Positions 52,021 through 61,478 of a DNA stretch of 64,000 bases are shown one piece after another; position 1 is the first letter of the stretch; each line of letters opens with the position of its first letter. The translations under genes were made by a program, and so were the position numbers. Origin of the DNA: an uncultured bacterium (GTDB lineage Bacteria > Krumholzibacteriota > Krumholzibacteriia > LZORAL124-64-63); contig CAVSZB010000003.1 of the NCBI GenBank assembly GCA_963732385.1, positions 32,001-96,000 on the forward strand, given 5' to 3'. The notes beneath the pieces are model-generated. The model saw only the letters and a list, made by a program, of their open reading frames with translations, made no database searches and was not told the origin of the DNA.

Positions 52021-53432
52021 CAGGGCGCGTAGTCGACAAACGGCGAGACATTCACGCCGATCGCCTTGTCCGCGATCATGCGGTCGGAAACGATCGCCCG
52101 CGCGGCCGCCTTCGGCAACGGGCCGTCATTGGTCAGGGGCGAAACGGATGGCGGAAGGAAACCGCCCGCCATCGGCACCACATAGGTCGGGCCGTCGCTC
52201 CGGCCCCACCAGTTCAGTTCCGCGTCGAGCAGGCTGTTCGCGAAATTGTTGTAGGTGCCGTACTCGATGTTTCCTGAAAAATCGTTGGCCCGGACCACGC
52301 AGTTGATGGCATTGGATGCGCCGACGAGGGCGTCCTTCCAGACCTCAAGGCCATAGCCGCCGTTCGCGATGCGGTTGCCGGTGATGGTGGCGTTGACCAC
52401 CCCGTCCGTCCAGCCCGGATACCGCGAACCCGCAGAGTAGCCGTAGATGCCGAGCCCCGTGCCGGCATTGTTGTAGAAGTCACAGCCGGTCACGAGCAGG
52501 TCCATGCGGGCGCCGGTGTTCGCCATATCGCCGTATGCGTTCCACGTGTTGTCGTGCCCGCGCAGGCCGCGGAGGATCACCAGCGGTGCGATCGCAGGGC
52601 TGTAACCCCAGCCGTATTGGGCGTGTGACAGGCCCGACTGGCAACCGAAGATCTCGCCGCCCTCCACGGTCACATCGCTGCTCTCGAAAAAGAGGGCGCC
52701 GGTAGACGTCCAATCATCGCCGGTGAACACAACGTTCCCTACGACGCAGTCCGTCAGGGTGCCGCCGGCTCCGTAGCTGATCTGGATGCCGTTCTGGGCG
52801 GTAATGGACGTGGGACCGATCCCGATGGTGGTGACGTTGCTCAAGGCGGCCGTCATGCCGACCCCCGAAAACACCACGCCACCCTTCTGAAATTGATCGA
52901 CGACGATGTTGGTCAGCACGACAACTTCGGTGCCAATGTCGTTGTTATTGCCATAGATGCCGACGCCGTGCTGAGCGCCGCTGAACGGCGTGTCCTGGAC
53001 GCGCACAACCGAGCAGTCGGTCATGCTGCCACTCGACTTCCAGAAGCCGACGCCCTGGAAGCGATAGTTCGCGTCGCCCCGGCCGTTGCCGTCGACTGTG
53101 AGATGGCTCAGGACAACGTTGCCGGTATCGTGGATGTACACGATGGGAAAGTTTTTGTTGGAGCCGGTCATGTAGAAAATCGGAAGCGTCTCCGGCGATT
53201 CGATGATGGTCGCCCCGACGCCAGCGCCGACAAGGGTAACCGGCTTGCTGATCTGCACTTGTTCAGTATAGGTGCCGGATGCGATCTGGATGATGTCGCC
53301 CGTGATCGCCGCTTCAACCGCGCCCTGGATCGTACCGTAGTCGGCCGGAACGTTGATTGTCGCCGCGTCTGCCGCCACCGCGAGGCAGAGGCCGATGAGC
53401 AGCATCGCCACGGATGTCCTGGTGGATCTCAT
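50012..53432 (-). CDS. Large secreted modular protein B: right-handed beta-helix head + same chassis; one apparent frameshift
   Basis: Joins ORFs 51264..53672 and 50012..51613. Extra G at 51456/51457. Head begins INVPADYGTIQGAVEAA..GD.I.IASGTYTE. About 1139 aa when corrected. Confidence 0.82.
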
Positions 53433-54153
53433 GCTCGTTCCCCCTGATCGAAGATAGAAATCCCACCGCTGCCTGGACTCCGGACGGAACGAAACAGTCT
53501 CGCTGTCTGCGGCGGAGTCCGACTCATGGCGGCGAATTGGCTCGCGACGCATACCTCCCCAGATGCTCGGGCGGCGCTGGTACATGTCAGGACTGGCCGG
53601 CGCGCCAGGGGGCGACAAGCATGGCGCGGCCTGCGCGGAAATGACGACAACGGCTCGTTGACGGGGTACCATGGAGGCACGCGCGCCAGCGGGGCCAAGT
53701 GTCCCCAGGCGAGGCGAGTCGGACGAAATAGGGGGCGAGTAACAGAACCCCGGAGGGCGAATGAGGGGGTCTGGGGCGACTCCTCAAGTCATACCATACA
53801 TGAGGTGGAGATTCAAGAGTAATAATACAACACAATCAAGAGTCATGTTGGCGTGATTTATGTGGTGGGGCGGCGACTCAGGAAATTCCGCGCGGTTCTG
53901 TTCCGCGCTGCCCTATCATCTATAATCCTCCGGCTCGCCCGCCCGGATTCGCTCCCGGTTCACATTTTGCGGCCAGATCATCTGGCGACCGTATCTGTGG
54001 CTGCGCGCGGGTCTTTGCTGGGGCTCGTGGCGAATGAAGCGGGGGGGGTATCCGATGACGAGACATGGGGTGCGTTTCCCGCCGGTTGCCCCGCCGCACG
54101 GTTGCCGCGCCGCGCGGCGGGGGGTACACTACGGGCCGGAACGGGAGGTTTTC

Positions 54154-55926
54154 ATGAAGGCGGTGCTGATGCTGAGCCTGGCGGCGCTGTGCGTCGGGGT
54201 GACGTCGTGCCGCGACGGCCTCGACGAAGACGCGAAATTCGTCGTGCTGGCCGACCGGTGCCTCGATGCCTGGCGGGCGCTCGATCCCGAATGGGCCACC
54301 AGCCTGGGCGACCACCGCTTCGACGCGCAGCTCACCGACCGCAGTCAGGCGGGGGTCGGGCGACGCGCTGCGTTCGCCCGCGCGTATCTCGACTCGCTGA
54401 ACGCGCTCGACGAGACGAAGCTCCTGACCGACAACCGCATCGACCGCCGCATCCTGATGAACAATCTGGAATCGGCCGTCTACGCGGCCGAAACGTTGCG
54501 CGAGCACACCTGGAATCCGCTGGTCTACAACGCGGGCGGCGCTCTGTACGCGCTCGTGGCGCGCGACTTCGCGCCGCTGGCCGACCGCCTGCGGGCCGTG
54601 AAGGGACGCCTCGAGGCGATGCCGGCGGTGACGGAGGCGGCGCGGGCCAATCTCGCGCATCCGCCGCGCATCCATGTGGAGACGGCCATCCTCCAGAACG
54701 ACGGCCTCATGGGACTTGTTTGCAACGAGCTCGAGCCGTTCCTCGAGCAGGAGCCGGCGCTGCGCGAGGAGCTGGCCCCGGCGCGCGCCGCGGCGACCGC
54801 GGCGTTGGAGGCCTACGGACGCTGGTTGCGCGACGACCTCCTGCCGCGCGCCGACGGCGATTTCCGACTCGGCGCCGAACGGTTCGGCCGCAAATTGGCC
54901 TATGCGCTGGAATCGGACCTCATGCCCGAGCAGATCCTGGAAAGCGCCAAGCGCGATCTCGACGCCACGCAGACGGAGATGGTCGAGCTGGCGCATTCCC
55001 TATACGCGAAGCAATTCCCCGGCGCCGCCAACCATCGCGCGCCGCAAGACAAGGACCTGGTGCGCGCGGTGCTGGGGCGGCTGGCGCAGGAGCACCAGGC
55101 CAACGACACGATCGTGGCGAAGGCCGAGGCGGACCTCGCCGCCTGCACGGCGTTCGTGCGCGAGCACGACCTGATGACCCTGCCGGACGAGCCGATCCGC
55201 ATCATTGTCATGCCGGAATTCCAGCGCGGCGTGGCGGTGGCCTTCTGCGAGGCGTCGGGCCCGCTGGAGGCGCGGCAGCAGACATTCTACTCCATCTCGC
55301 CCGCGCCGCCCGGCTGGACCCCCGAGCGGGCGGAGTCGTTCTACCGCGAGTACAACGACCACATGCTGCAGATCCTGACCATCCACGAGGCGATGCCGGG
55401 CCACTATCTGCAGGGCATGCGCGCGAACCGTTTCCGCGCCCCGACGCTCACCCGCGCGATCTTCGCCAACGGCCCCTTCGTCGAGGGGTGGGCCACCTAC
55501 GCCGAGCAGCTGATGACGGGCGAAGGGTACGGAGGATCGGCCGTGCGGATGCAGCAGCTCAAGATGCGGCTGCGCCTGATCATCAACGCCATGCTCGACC
55601 AGGGGGTCCACGTGCACGGCATGAGCGAGCAGCAGGCGATGGACCTGATGATGACCGAGGGGTTCCAGGAGGAGGGGGAGGCGGCCGGCAAGTGGCGTCG
55701 CGCCTGCCTCACCTCCGCGCAGTTGTCGACCTACTACGTGGGCAACCTCGAGATCAACCGCCTGCGCGACGACTATGCCACGCGCCACGGCGGTCTGCAT
55801 TTCGGACAGACGCGGGTATTCCACGACCAGGTGCTCTCCTTCGGCGCTCCGGCGCCGAAATACGTGTCGGAGTTGATGGGTATGGGGCCTCCAGGGCCGT
55901 GGCGGCCGGGAAGGTGGCGGACATGA
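54154..55926 (+). CDS. DUF885 family lipoprotein (metallopeptidase-like)
   Basis: Lipobox VTSC, PEWATSLGDHRFD, IHEAMPGHYLQ, FVEGWATYAE, STYYVG, FHDQVLSFG. Confidence 0.93.
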   Translation: MKAVLMLSLAALCVGVTSCRDGLDEDAKFVVLADRCLDAWRALDPEWATSLGDHRFDAQLTDRSQAGVGRRAAFARAYLDSLNALDETKLLTDNRIDRRILMNNLESAVYAAETLREHTWNPLVYNAGGALYALVARDFAPLADRLRAVKGRLEAMPAVTEAARANLAHPPRIHVETAILQNDGLMGLVCNELEPFLEQEPALREELAPARAAATAALEAYGRWLRDDLLPRADGDFRLGAERFGRKLAYALESDLMPEQILESAKRDLDATQTEMVELAHSLYAKQFPGAANHRAPQDKDLVRAVLGRLAQEHQANDTIVAKAEADLAACTAFVREHDLMTLPDEPIRIIVMPEFQRGVAVAFCEASGPLEARQQTFYSISPAPPGWTPERAESFYREYNDHMLQILTIHEAMPGHYLQGMRANRFRAPTLTRAIFANGPFVEGWATYAEQLMTGEGYGGSAVRMQQLKMRLRLIINAMLDQGVHVHGMSEQQAMDLMMTEGFQEEGEAAGKWRRACLTSAQLSTYYVGNLEINRLRDDYATRHGGLHFGQTRVFHDQVLSFGAPAPKYVSELMGMGPPGPWRPGRWRT

Positions 55927-56396
55927 AGGGTGACAGGAAGGTACTGGCCACGCTCAACAAGCTGCTGGCCGACGAACTGACGGCGATCAACCAGTACATG
56001 GTGCATTCCGAGATGTGCGCGAACTGGAGCTACGATCGCCTGCACCAGCGCCTCGAGAAGCGCGCCATCGACGAGATGAAACACGCCGAGAAGCTGATCG
56101 CGCGCATCCTCTTCCTCGAGGGAGTGCCGGTGGTGAGCAAGCTCAACCCGATCCACATCGGCGCCGACGTGCACCGGCAGTTCATGGCCGACGCGAAGTC
56201 GGAGCAGGGGGCCATCGGAATGTACAACGCGGCCATCGCCGAGGCGGGCGCCGCGGGGGACAACGGCACGCGCGAGATGCTCGAGGACATCCTCAAGGAC
56301 GAGGAGGATCACATCGACTGGCTCGAGGCCCAGCTCGACCAGATCGGTCAGATGAAGATCGAGAACTACCTGGCGGAGCAGGTCCGGGGGGCCTGA
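55923..56396 (+). CDS. bfr: Bacterioferritin
   Basis: MKGD.KV...LN..LADELTAINQYMVHSEM, IDEMKHAEKLIARILFLEG, DEEDHIDWLE; ATGA overlap with the DUF885 gene. Confidence 0.97.
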   Translation: MKGDRKVLATLNKLLADELTAINQYMVHSEMCANWSYDRLHQRLEKRAIDEMKHAEKLIARILFLEGVPVVSKLNPIHIGADVHRQFMADAKSEQGAIGMYNAAIAEAGAAGDNGTREMLEDILKDEEDHIDWLEAQLDQIGQMKIENYLAEQVRGA

Positions 56397-56398
56397 GC

Positions 56399-57367
56399 TC
56401 AGGACCTTTCGCGGGGTGCGCGGGGGCGCGTCGCGGTCGGACGGCGCGCCCCTTTTCTGCGTGGCGCCGGCTGGCACCGGGGGCAGAAATGGCTCGATCG
56501 CCCCGCCACCACAAGGCGCGCCAAGGTTTCGCCGCAGTCGCGGCACGGCGCTCCGTCGCGCTGGTACACCCTCAGCTTGCGCCGGAAGTTGCCCGGCTGT
56601 CCGCGGAAGTCGACGAAGTTGAGGTAGGTCGTGCCGCCGTGGCGGATGGCGAGCCGCATGACGGCGCGCGCGGCGTTGAAGATCCGCCGCAGGTCGGGGT
56701 CCGCCAGCGAGGCGGTCGGCATGAGCGGATGCACGCGCGCCCGGAAAAGCGCCTCATCGGCGTAGATGTTGCCGATCCCTGCAGCCACCCCCTGATCGAG
56801 CAACACCGCCTTGATCGGCGCGCGCCGCCCCTTCGCCCGCTCACGCCAGGCGGCGAAGCCGATCTCCAGCATGTCCGGTCCGACGTGCGGCGGGGCGACG
56901 GCGAACGACCCGTCCGCGCCCGCCTCCACGAGCGTGAGCCGCCCGAACTTGCGGATGTCGCGGTAGTAGACCGGCAGGCCTTCGAAATCGAAAACGAGGT
57001 GGGTGTGCCGGTCGGGGATGTAGGTCGGGTCCACGAAGATCTGGCCCGTCATGCGCAGGTGCAGGCACACCGCGCGGCGGTAGCCGCGCTCAATTGTGAC
57101 CGGGTGCGCCGATACGTCCCCCCCCCCGATCCCCGCGCACCCCGCGCCCGTTTCCCCGCACCGCTCCCCCTCCCCAAACTCCAGCAGCAAGTACTTACCC
57201 TGCCTTCGCACCTTCACCAACACCCAGCCCACGAGCGCGTTTTCAACCGCCTCCGCGCTCGGCTCGAGCACCCCCGCGAACCGCACCTCCATCCCCGTCA
57301 GTCGCCGCCCCACCAGGCACTCCCGCAGCGCCAGCGCGACGTTCTCAACTTCCGGCAGTTCCGGCAT
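56399..57367 (-). CDS. mutM: Formamidopyrimidine-DNA glycosylase
   Basis: MPELPEVE, RQGKYL, HLRMTG, RDIRKFG, LLDQ..AGIGNIYADEALF, zinc finger CRDC...CPRCQ. Confidence 0.97.
   Translation of the reverse strand: MPELPEVENVALALRECLVGRRLTGMEVRFAGVLEPSAEAVENALVGWVLVKVRRQGKYLLLEFGEGERCGETGAGCAGIGGGDVSAHPVTIERGYRRAVCLHLRMTGQIFVDPTYIPDRHTHLVFDFEGLPVYYRDIRKFGRLTLVEAGADGSFAVAPPHVGPDMLEIGFAAWRERAKGRRAPIKAVLLDQGVAAGIGNIYADEALFRARVHPLMPTASLADPDLRRIFNAARAVMRLAIRHGGTTYLNFVDFRGQPGNFRRKLRVYQRDGAPCRDCGETLARLVVAGRSSHFCPRCQPAPRRKGARRPTATRPRAPRERS
56423..56457 (+). terminator. Intrinsic terminator after bfr
   Basis: GGGGCGCGTCG...CGGCGCGCCCC stem followed by TTTT. Confidence 0.7.
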
Positions 57368-58230
57368 CAGAACCCGCGCTCCTTGCGCACCTGCGCGTAC
57401 GCGTCGTTGATCGCCTGCATCTTCTGGCCCGCGAATTTAGTGAAGTCCTCGGAGAGATCGCGCGAGGCGAGCGTGTCGGGGTGGTACTCCTTGGCGAGTC
57501 GACGATAGCTGCGCTTGATCTCGTTTTCGGTAGCGCCGCGGTCCACTTCGAGCAGAGCATAGGCGGCGCCGACGTCGAAGCGGGCGAACAGCGCGCTCGC
57601 CTGTTCGTAGTCGCGCGCCGAGAGGCCGAGCTGTCCGGCGATCTCGCGCAGCAGCTTCTCCTCCGACGGGTCGCAGCGTCCGTCGGCCCAGGCGATGCGC
57701 ATGAGCAGGGCGAGCAGGTCGCGCAGGCGGTCGGGGCGGTGTCCGAACAGGGCGCGGATCTGCGCTGTGTAGGCGGACGTGGGAGTGGCTGCATCGCGCG
57801 CGTTGTTGAAGACGCGCGCGGCCGTGCGGCGCTCCTCGGTGGTCATGCCGAGGTCGCGCGCGAGGAATTCATCGAAGACGCGGATTTCCGGCTCGGACAC
57901 GCGGCCGTCCGCCCTGGCCACGCGCGCCGCGAGACTGATGAGCGCGAGCATGAACGCCGTCTGCGCCATGCCCTGCTCGAGCGGGTCGCCGGCTCGGGCG
58001 CGCAGGTCCGCCCCGCAACGACCGCACGCGAGCGGGCGCCCTTGCTCGATGCTCACCGGCGCCCCGCACCGCGGACAGCGTCCGTACAGCCGCCCGCGCG
58101 GCGGCGCGCCGAGCTGCTGCGGGGTCGGATCCTCCACCCGCGACCCGATGGCGCCGCCTAGCAGCGCCCCGAGCGGTCCGCCGAGGACGAAGCCGATCGT
58201 CCCCCCGATCATCGTGCCCAGAATTCCCAC
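57367..58230 (-). CDS. djlA: DjlA-type co-chaperone (TM, Zn-ribbon, TerB-like, J domain)
   Basis: GTG start; IGFVLGGPLGALLG, RADGRVSEPEI, IAWADG, IKRSYRRLAKEYHPD, INDAY. Confidence 0.88.
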   Translation of the reverse strand: MGILGTMIGGTIGFVLGGPLGALLGGAIGSRVEDPTPQQLGAPPRGRLYGRCPRCGAPVSIEQGRPLACGRCGADLRARAGDPLEQGMAQTAFMLALISLAARVARADGRVSEPEIRVFDEFLARDLGMTTEERRTAARVFNNARDAATPTSAYTAQIRALFGHRPDRLRDLLALLMRIAWADGRCDPSEEKLLREIAGQLGLSARDYEQASALFARFDVGAAYALLEVDRGATENEIKRSYRRLAKEYHPDTLASRDLSEDFTKFAGQKMQAINDAYAQVRKERGF

Positions 58231-58429
58231 GCCACGCTCCCGGCTCACGACCGCCCCGGCCGCGCAAGACGCTGAAAGATAGCCGCGGGCCGTCGTACGG
58301 GCCAACCGCGACCGGCCCTGTACCCCGGCCCCGGCGCCACTATTGCCTGTCGCCGGCAATCGCCTACAATGAAGGAACTTCCGCGTGAGCCGCCCGTGTC
58401 GCGCACTTTCCGGGAAAGGGTTGGGCCGC

Positions 58430-59707
58430 ATGGATGTCGAAACCGCGATTCGCAGCCGCCGCGCGATCAAGGCATTCGACCCGTCGCACCGCATCGACGA
58501 GCGCGAAACGGCGAAGCTGGTCGAACTGGCCACGCTCTCCCCGACCGCCTTCAACCTCCAGCACTGGCGCTTCGTCGTCGTACGGGACCCGCTGGTGCGC
58601 TTCCAGCTCCGCCAGGCCGCCTACGATCAGCCCCAGGTGACCGACGCGTCGCTGCTGATCGTCCTCTGCGCCGATGTGAAGGCGTGGGACCGCGACCCGG
58701 AGCGCTGCTGGCGCAATGTCGAACCCTCCGTGCGCGACCGGATGGCGGGCACGATCCGGCGCTTCTACGCGCCCGACGCCCAGCTCCAGCGCGACGAGGC
58801 GATGCGCTCCTGCGGCCTGGCCGCGCAGACCCTCATGCTCGCCGCGACCGCGCTCGGCCACGGCTCCTGCCCGATGGACGGCTTCGACTTCGCCGCGGTG
58901 GCGCGCATTCTCAACCTGCCCCCCGACCACCTCGTGAGCATGTTCGTGGCGATCGGGCGCACGCTCGAGCCGGCCGGCCCGCGGCCAGGTGCGATCCCGA
59001 CGGCGGAGCTCACGGTGGTGGACCGCTTCGCAACCGTCGACCGCGCCGCCGAACGCCACGCCATGGTCGAGGAGCTCGCCCGCGACGACCGCTCCGCATC
59101 CGCCGGACCGGGCTGCCCCGCGCTCTCCTCCGCCGTGCTCGAAGCCCTGGCCCGCACCCCCCGCCACTGCTTCGTCCCCGCCGACCAGCAGTCCGCGGCC
59201 TACGCCAACCGTCCCCTGCCCATCGGCCACGGCCAGACGATCAGCCAGCCCTACATCGTGGCCCTGATGACCGAGCTGCTGGAGACGTCGCCCGGCGACA
59301 CGGTGTTGGAGGTGGGGACGGGCTCGGGCTATCAGGCGGCGGTGCTGGCGGAGATGGGCGTGACGGTGCACAGCATGGAGATCGTGGCGCCCCTGGCCCG
59401 TCGCGCCCGCCGCGACCTGGCCGCCGCCGGCTACACCGGCCGCATCACCGTGTACGAGGGCGATGGTTACGCCGGCCTGCCCGATCTGGCGCCCTTCGCT
59501 GGCGTGATCGTTACCGCGGCGCCCGACCACGTGCCCGTGCCCCTGATCGAGCAGCTGAAGCGGGGCGGCCGCCTGGTGATCCCGGTGGGGTCGACCGGGC
59601 ACGACCAGGAACTGATGCTGGCGGTGAAGGGGGAGGACGGCGTGGTGCGCAGCAATCGGGTGGTGGGGGTGCGGTTCGTGCCGCTGACGAGGGATGAGGA
59701 TCGGTGA
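58430..59707 (+). CDS. pcm: Fusion: nitroreductase + protein-L-isoaspartate O-methyltransferase
   Basis: N-half IRSRRAIKAFD, SPTAFNLQHWRF, SCPMDGFD; C-half PRHCFVP, AYANRPLPIGHGQTISQPYIVALM, VLEVGTGSGYQAA, GGRLVIPVG, VRFVPL; single open frame. Confidence 0.9.
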   Translation: MDVETAIRSRRAIKAFDPSHRIDERETAKLVELATLSPTAFNLQHWRFVVVRDPLVRFQLRQAAYDQPQVTDASLLIVLCADVKAWDRDPERCWRNVEPSVRDRMAGTIRRFYAPDAQLQRDEAMRSCGLAAQTLMLAATALGHGSCPMDGFDFAAVARILNLPPDHLVSMFVAIGRTLEPAGPRPGAIPTAELTVVDRFATVDRAAERHAMVEELARDDRSASAGPGCPALSSAVLEALARTPRHCFVPADQQSAAYANRPLPIGHGQTISQPYIVALMTELLETSPGDTVLEVGTGSGYQAAVLAEMGVTVHSMEIVAPLARRARRDLAAAGYTGRITVYEGDGYAGLPDLAPFAGVIVTAAPDHVPVPLIEQLKRGGRLVIPVGSTGHDQELMLAVKGEDGVVRSNRVVGVRFVPLTRDEDR

Positions 59708-59736
59708 TCGACCCGGGTGCTGACTGACAAATGTCC

Positions 59737-60207
59737 TCAGGAACGCCGCGACCTGCGGCGTCGCAGCGGCGCCGGACGCGTCGCGGGGCGGTACCCCGCG
59801 CCGATCAGGTAGAGCGCGCCGACCACGGCGGAGAAGGCCGAGAAGGCGAATGCGCGCGCCGGCACGGCGCCGCCGCGCAGTACGACGGCCAGATCAACCA
59901 GCAACAGCAGCCCGCGCAACGCGTAGATCGCGCCGATGCCCAGCAGCACGGGCCGCGCCCGCGACAGGCGGCGCAGCACGCCCGCGCCCGACAGCGCGTA
60001 CAGCGCCCACGCAGTGAACACCAGTGCCAGGGCCAACGTGAGAGCCGTCGGCAGGACGACCTCGCCCCGCTCCATCCGCGCCGCGAGCGTCGGCGCCCCG
60101 AAGTAGCGGTACCAGGCCGCGCCTCCGAATGCCGTTCCTATGTGCACGGCGGCGACGAGGCCGCTGCAGGCCGCCGCGAAAAGGAGAGCCGTCCGCGTTC
60201 GCGCCAT
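59737..60207 (-). CDS. Hypothetical membrane protein
   Basis: Four hydrophobic helices, H...FGG..WYRYFGA and ALYALSGAG motifs; start uncertain (60207 or 60219). Confidence 0.7.
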   Translation of the reverse strand: MARTRTALLFAAACSGLVAAVHIGTAFGGAAWYRYFGAPTLAARMERGEVVLPTALTLALALVFTAWALYALSGAGVLRRLSRARPVLLGIGAIYALRGLLLLVDLAVVLRGGAVPARAFAFSAFSAVVGALYLIGAGYRPATRPAPLRRRRSRRS

Positions 60208-60565
60208 TCCATACCCCATTCTGCCGCCCGGGCCCACGCTGAAACCGCCCGCGCTCGAAGCGCCGTCCGATATCCGTCCGACCAGGCGGATCATAGCGCA
60301 CGCATTCGTGGCCGGCGACCGGTTCCGCGCGCCGGCGCCAGGGAGCTCGGCCCCCGGCCTGCTCGAGATTGGGGCTCTTCCGCCCCCTGTTCTCCTGATC
60401 GCATAAAGCCACAACAATAGTCCTGATTTGGCGGCCGCCGCGGTGCCCGCCGCCTCCCGTCGTCGGCCGGTCCTAAAGAGCAAGGGCTCACAGACGATAA
60501 GAAGGTCCGGAACGTACGCTGCGGATTTCTCCCGCGGTTTGGCGTCTCTAACAGACGGTGTCGCC

Positions 60566-61423
60566 ATGTTTACCGTGATTGGTATTTTGTTCGCCTTCGG
60601 ATGCGTGCTTGGCGGTTTCATCATGGAGGGCGGCAAGCCGCTCGCTTTGTACATTCCCGCCGAGTACATCATCATCGCCGGCTGCTCGCTGGGGACGCTC
60701 GTGGCGATGGCGCCGCCGCGCGTGCTCAAGCGCATGGGCGCTCTGTTCGGCACCATGATCAAGGGGGACAAGAGCAGCAAGGTGAAGTACCTGGAGCTGC
60801 TCACCATGCTCTACGAGTTCTTCCAGATCGCCAAGAAAGATGGCCTGGTCGGACTCGAGCCTCACGTGGAAGAACCCGATCAGAGCGCGATCTTCAGCAA
60901 GTACCCGACGTTTCTCGCGGATCACCACGCCGTGTCGTTCCTGTGCGACACGGTGAAGATCATCATCACCGCCGGCGTGCCGCCGCACGATCTCGAAATG
61001 CTCATGGAGGCCGACATCGACACCCGCCACGCCGAAGAGGCGGCGCCGGTGGCCATCCTGCAGAAGGTCGGCGACGCCCTGCCGGGCCTGGGCATCGTGG
61101 CCGCCGTGCTCGGCATCGTGATCACGATGGGCTTCATCGACGGTCCGCCCGCGGAAATCGGCGAAAAAGTGGCCGCGGCGCTGGTCGGAACCTTCCTCGG
61201 ACTATTGCTTTCCTACGGAATGGTGCAGCCGATGGCGACCAATATCGAACTCGTGGGCCAGGCCGAGATGCGCTACTTCCACGTCATGAAGGCGGCGCTC
61301 GTGGCGTTCTGGAAGCACATGCCGGCGATGGTTGCGGTGGAGTTCGCCCGACGCACCATCGACACAGACCTGCGGCCGACGTTCAAGGAGCTGGAAGAGG
61401 CCTGCCGTCCCAGCAAGGGTTGA
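60566..61423 (+). CDS. motA: Flagellar-type motor stator protein MotA
   Basis: VLGGFIMEGG, PAEYIIIAG, KKDGLVGLE.HVEEP, DALPGLGIVAAVLGIVITM, AAALVGTFLGLLLSYG, AVEFARR, RPTFKELE. Confidence 0.96.
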   Translation: MFTVIGILFAFGCVLGGFIMEGGKPLALYIPAEYIIIAGCSLGTLVAMAPPRVLKRMGALFGTMIKGDKSSKVKYLELLTMLYEFFQIAKKDGLVGLEPHVEEPDQSAIFSKYPTFLADHHAVSFLCDTVKIIITAGVPPHDLEMLMEADIDTRHAEEAAPVAILQKVGDALPGLGIVAAVLGIVITMGFIDGPPAEIGEKVAAALVGTFLGLLLSYGMVQPMATNIELVGQAEMRYFHVMKAALVAFWKHMPAMVAVEFARRTIDTDLRPTFKELEEACRPSKG

Positions 61424-61478
61424 CGGGCGAACAGGGCACGGCTGACCACGGGCGCGCGGCGCCGGATGGGCAATAGTC

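Noticed and set aside
53853..56396. 847-aa ORF ending in bacterioferritin, suggesting a giant Bfr fusion
   Set aside because: The upstream part is an alternative frame of the DUF885 gene (Arg/Gly/Pro-rich nonsense); bfr has its own ATG at 55923.
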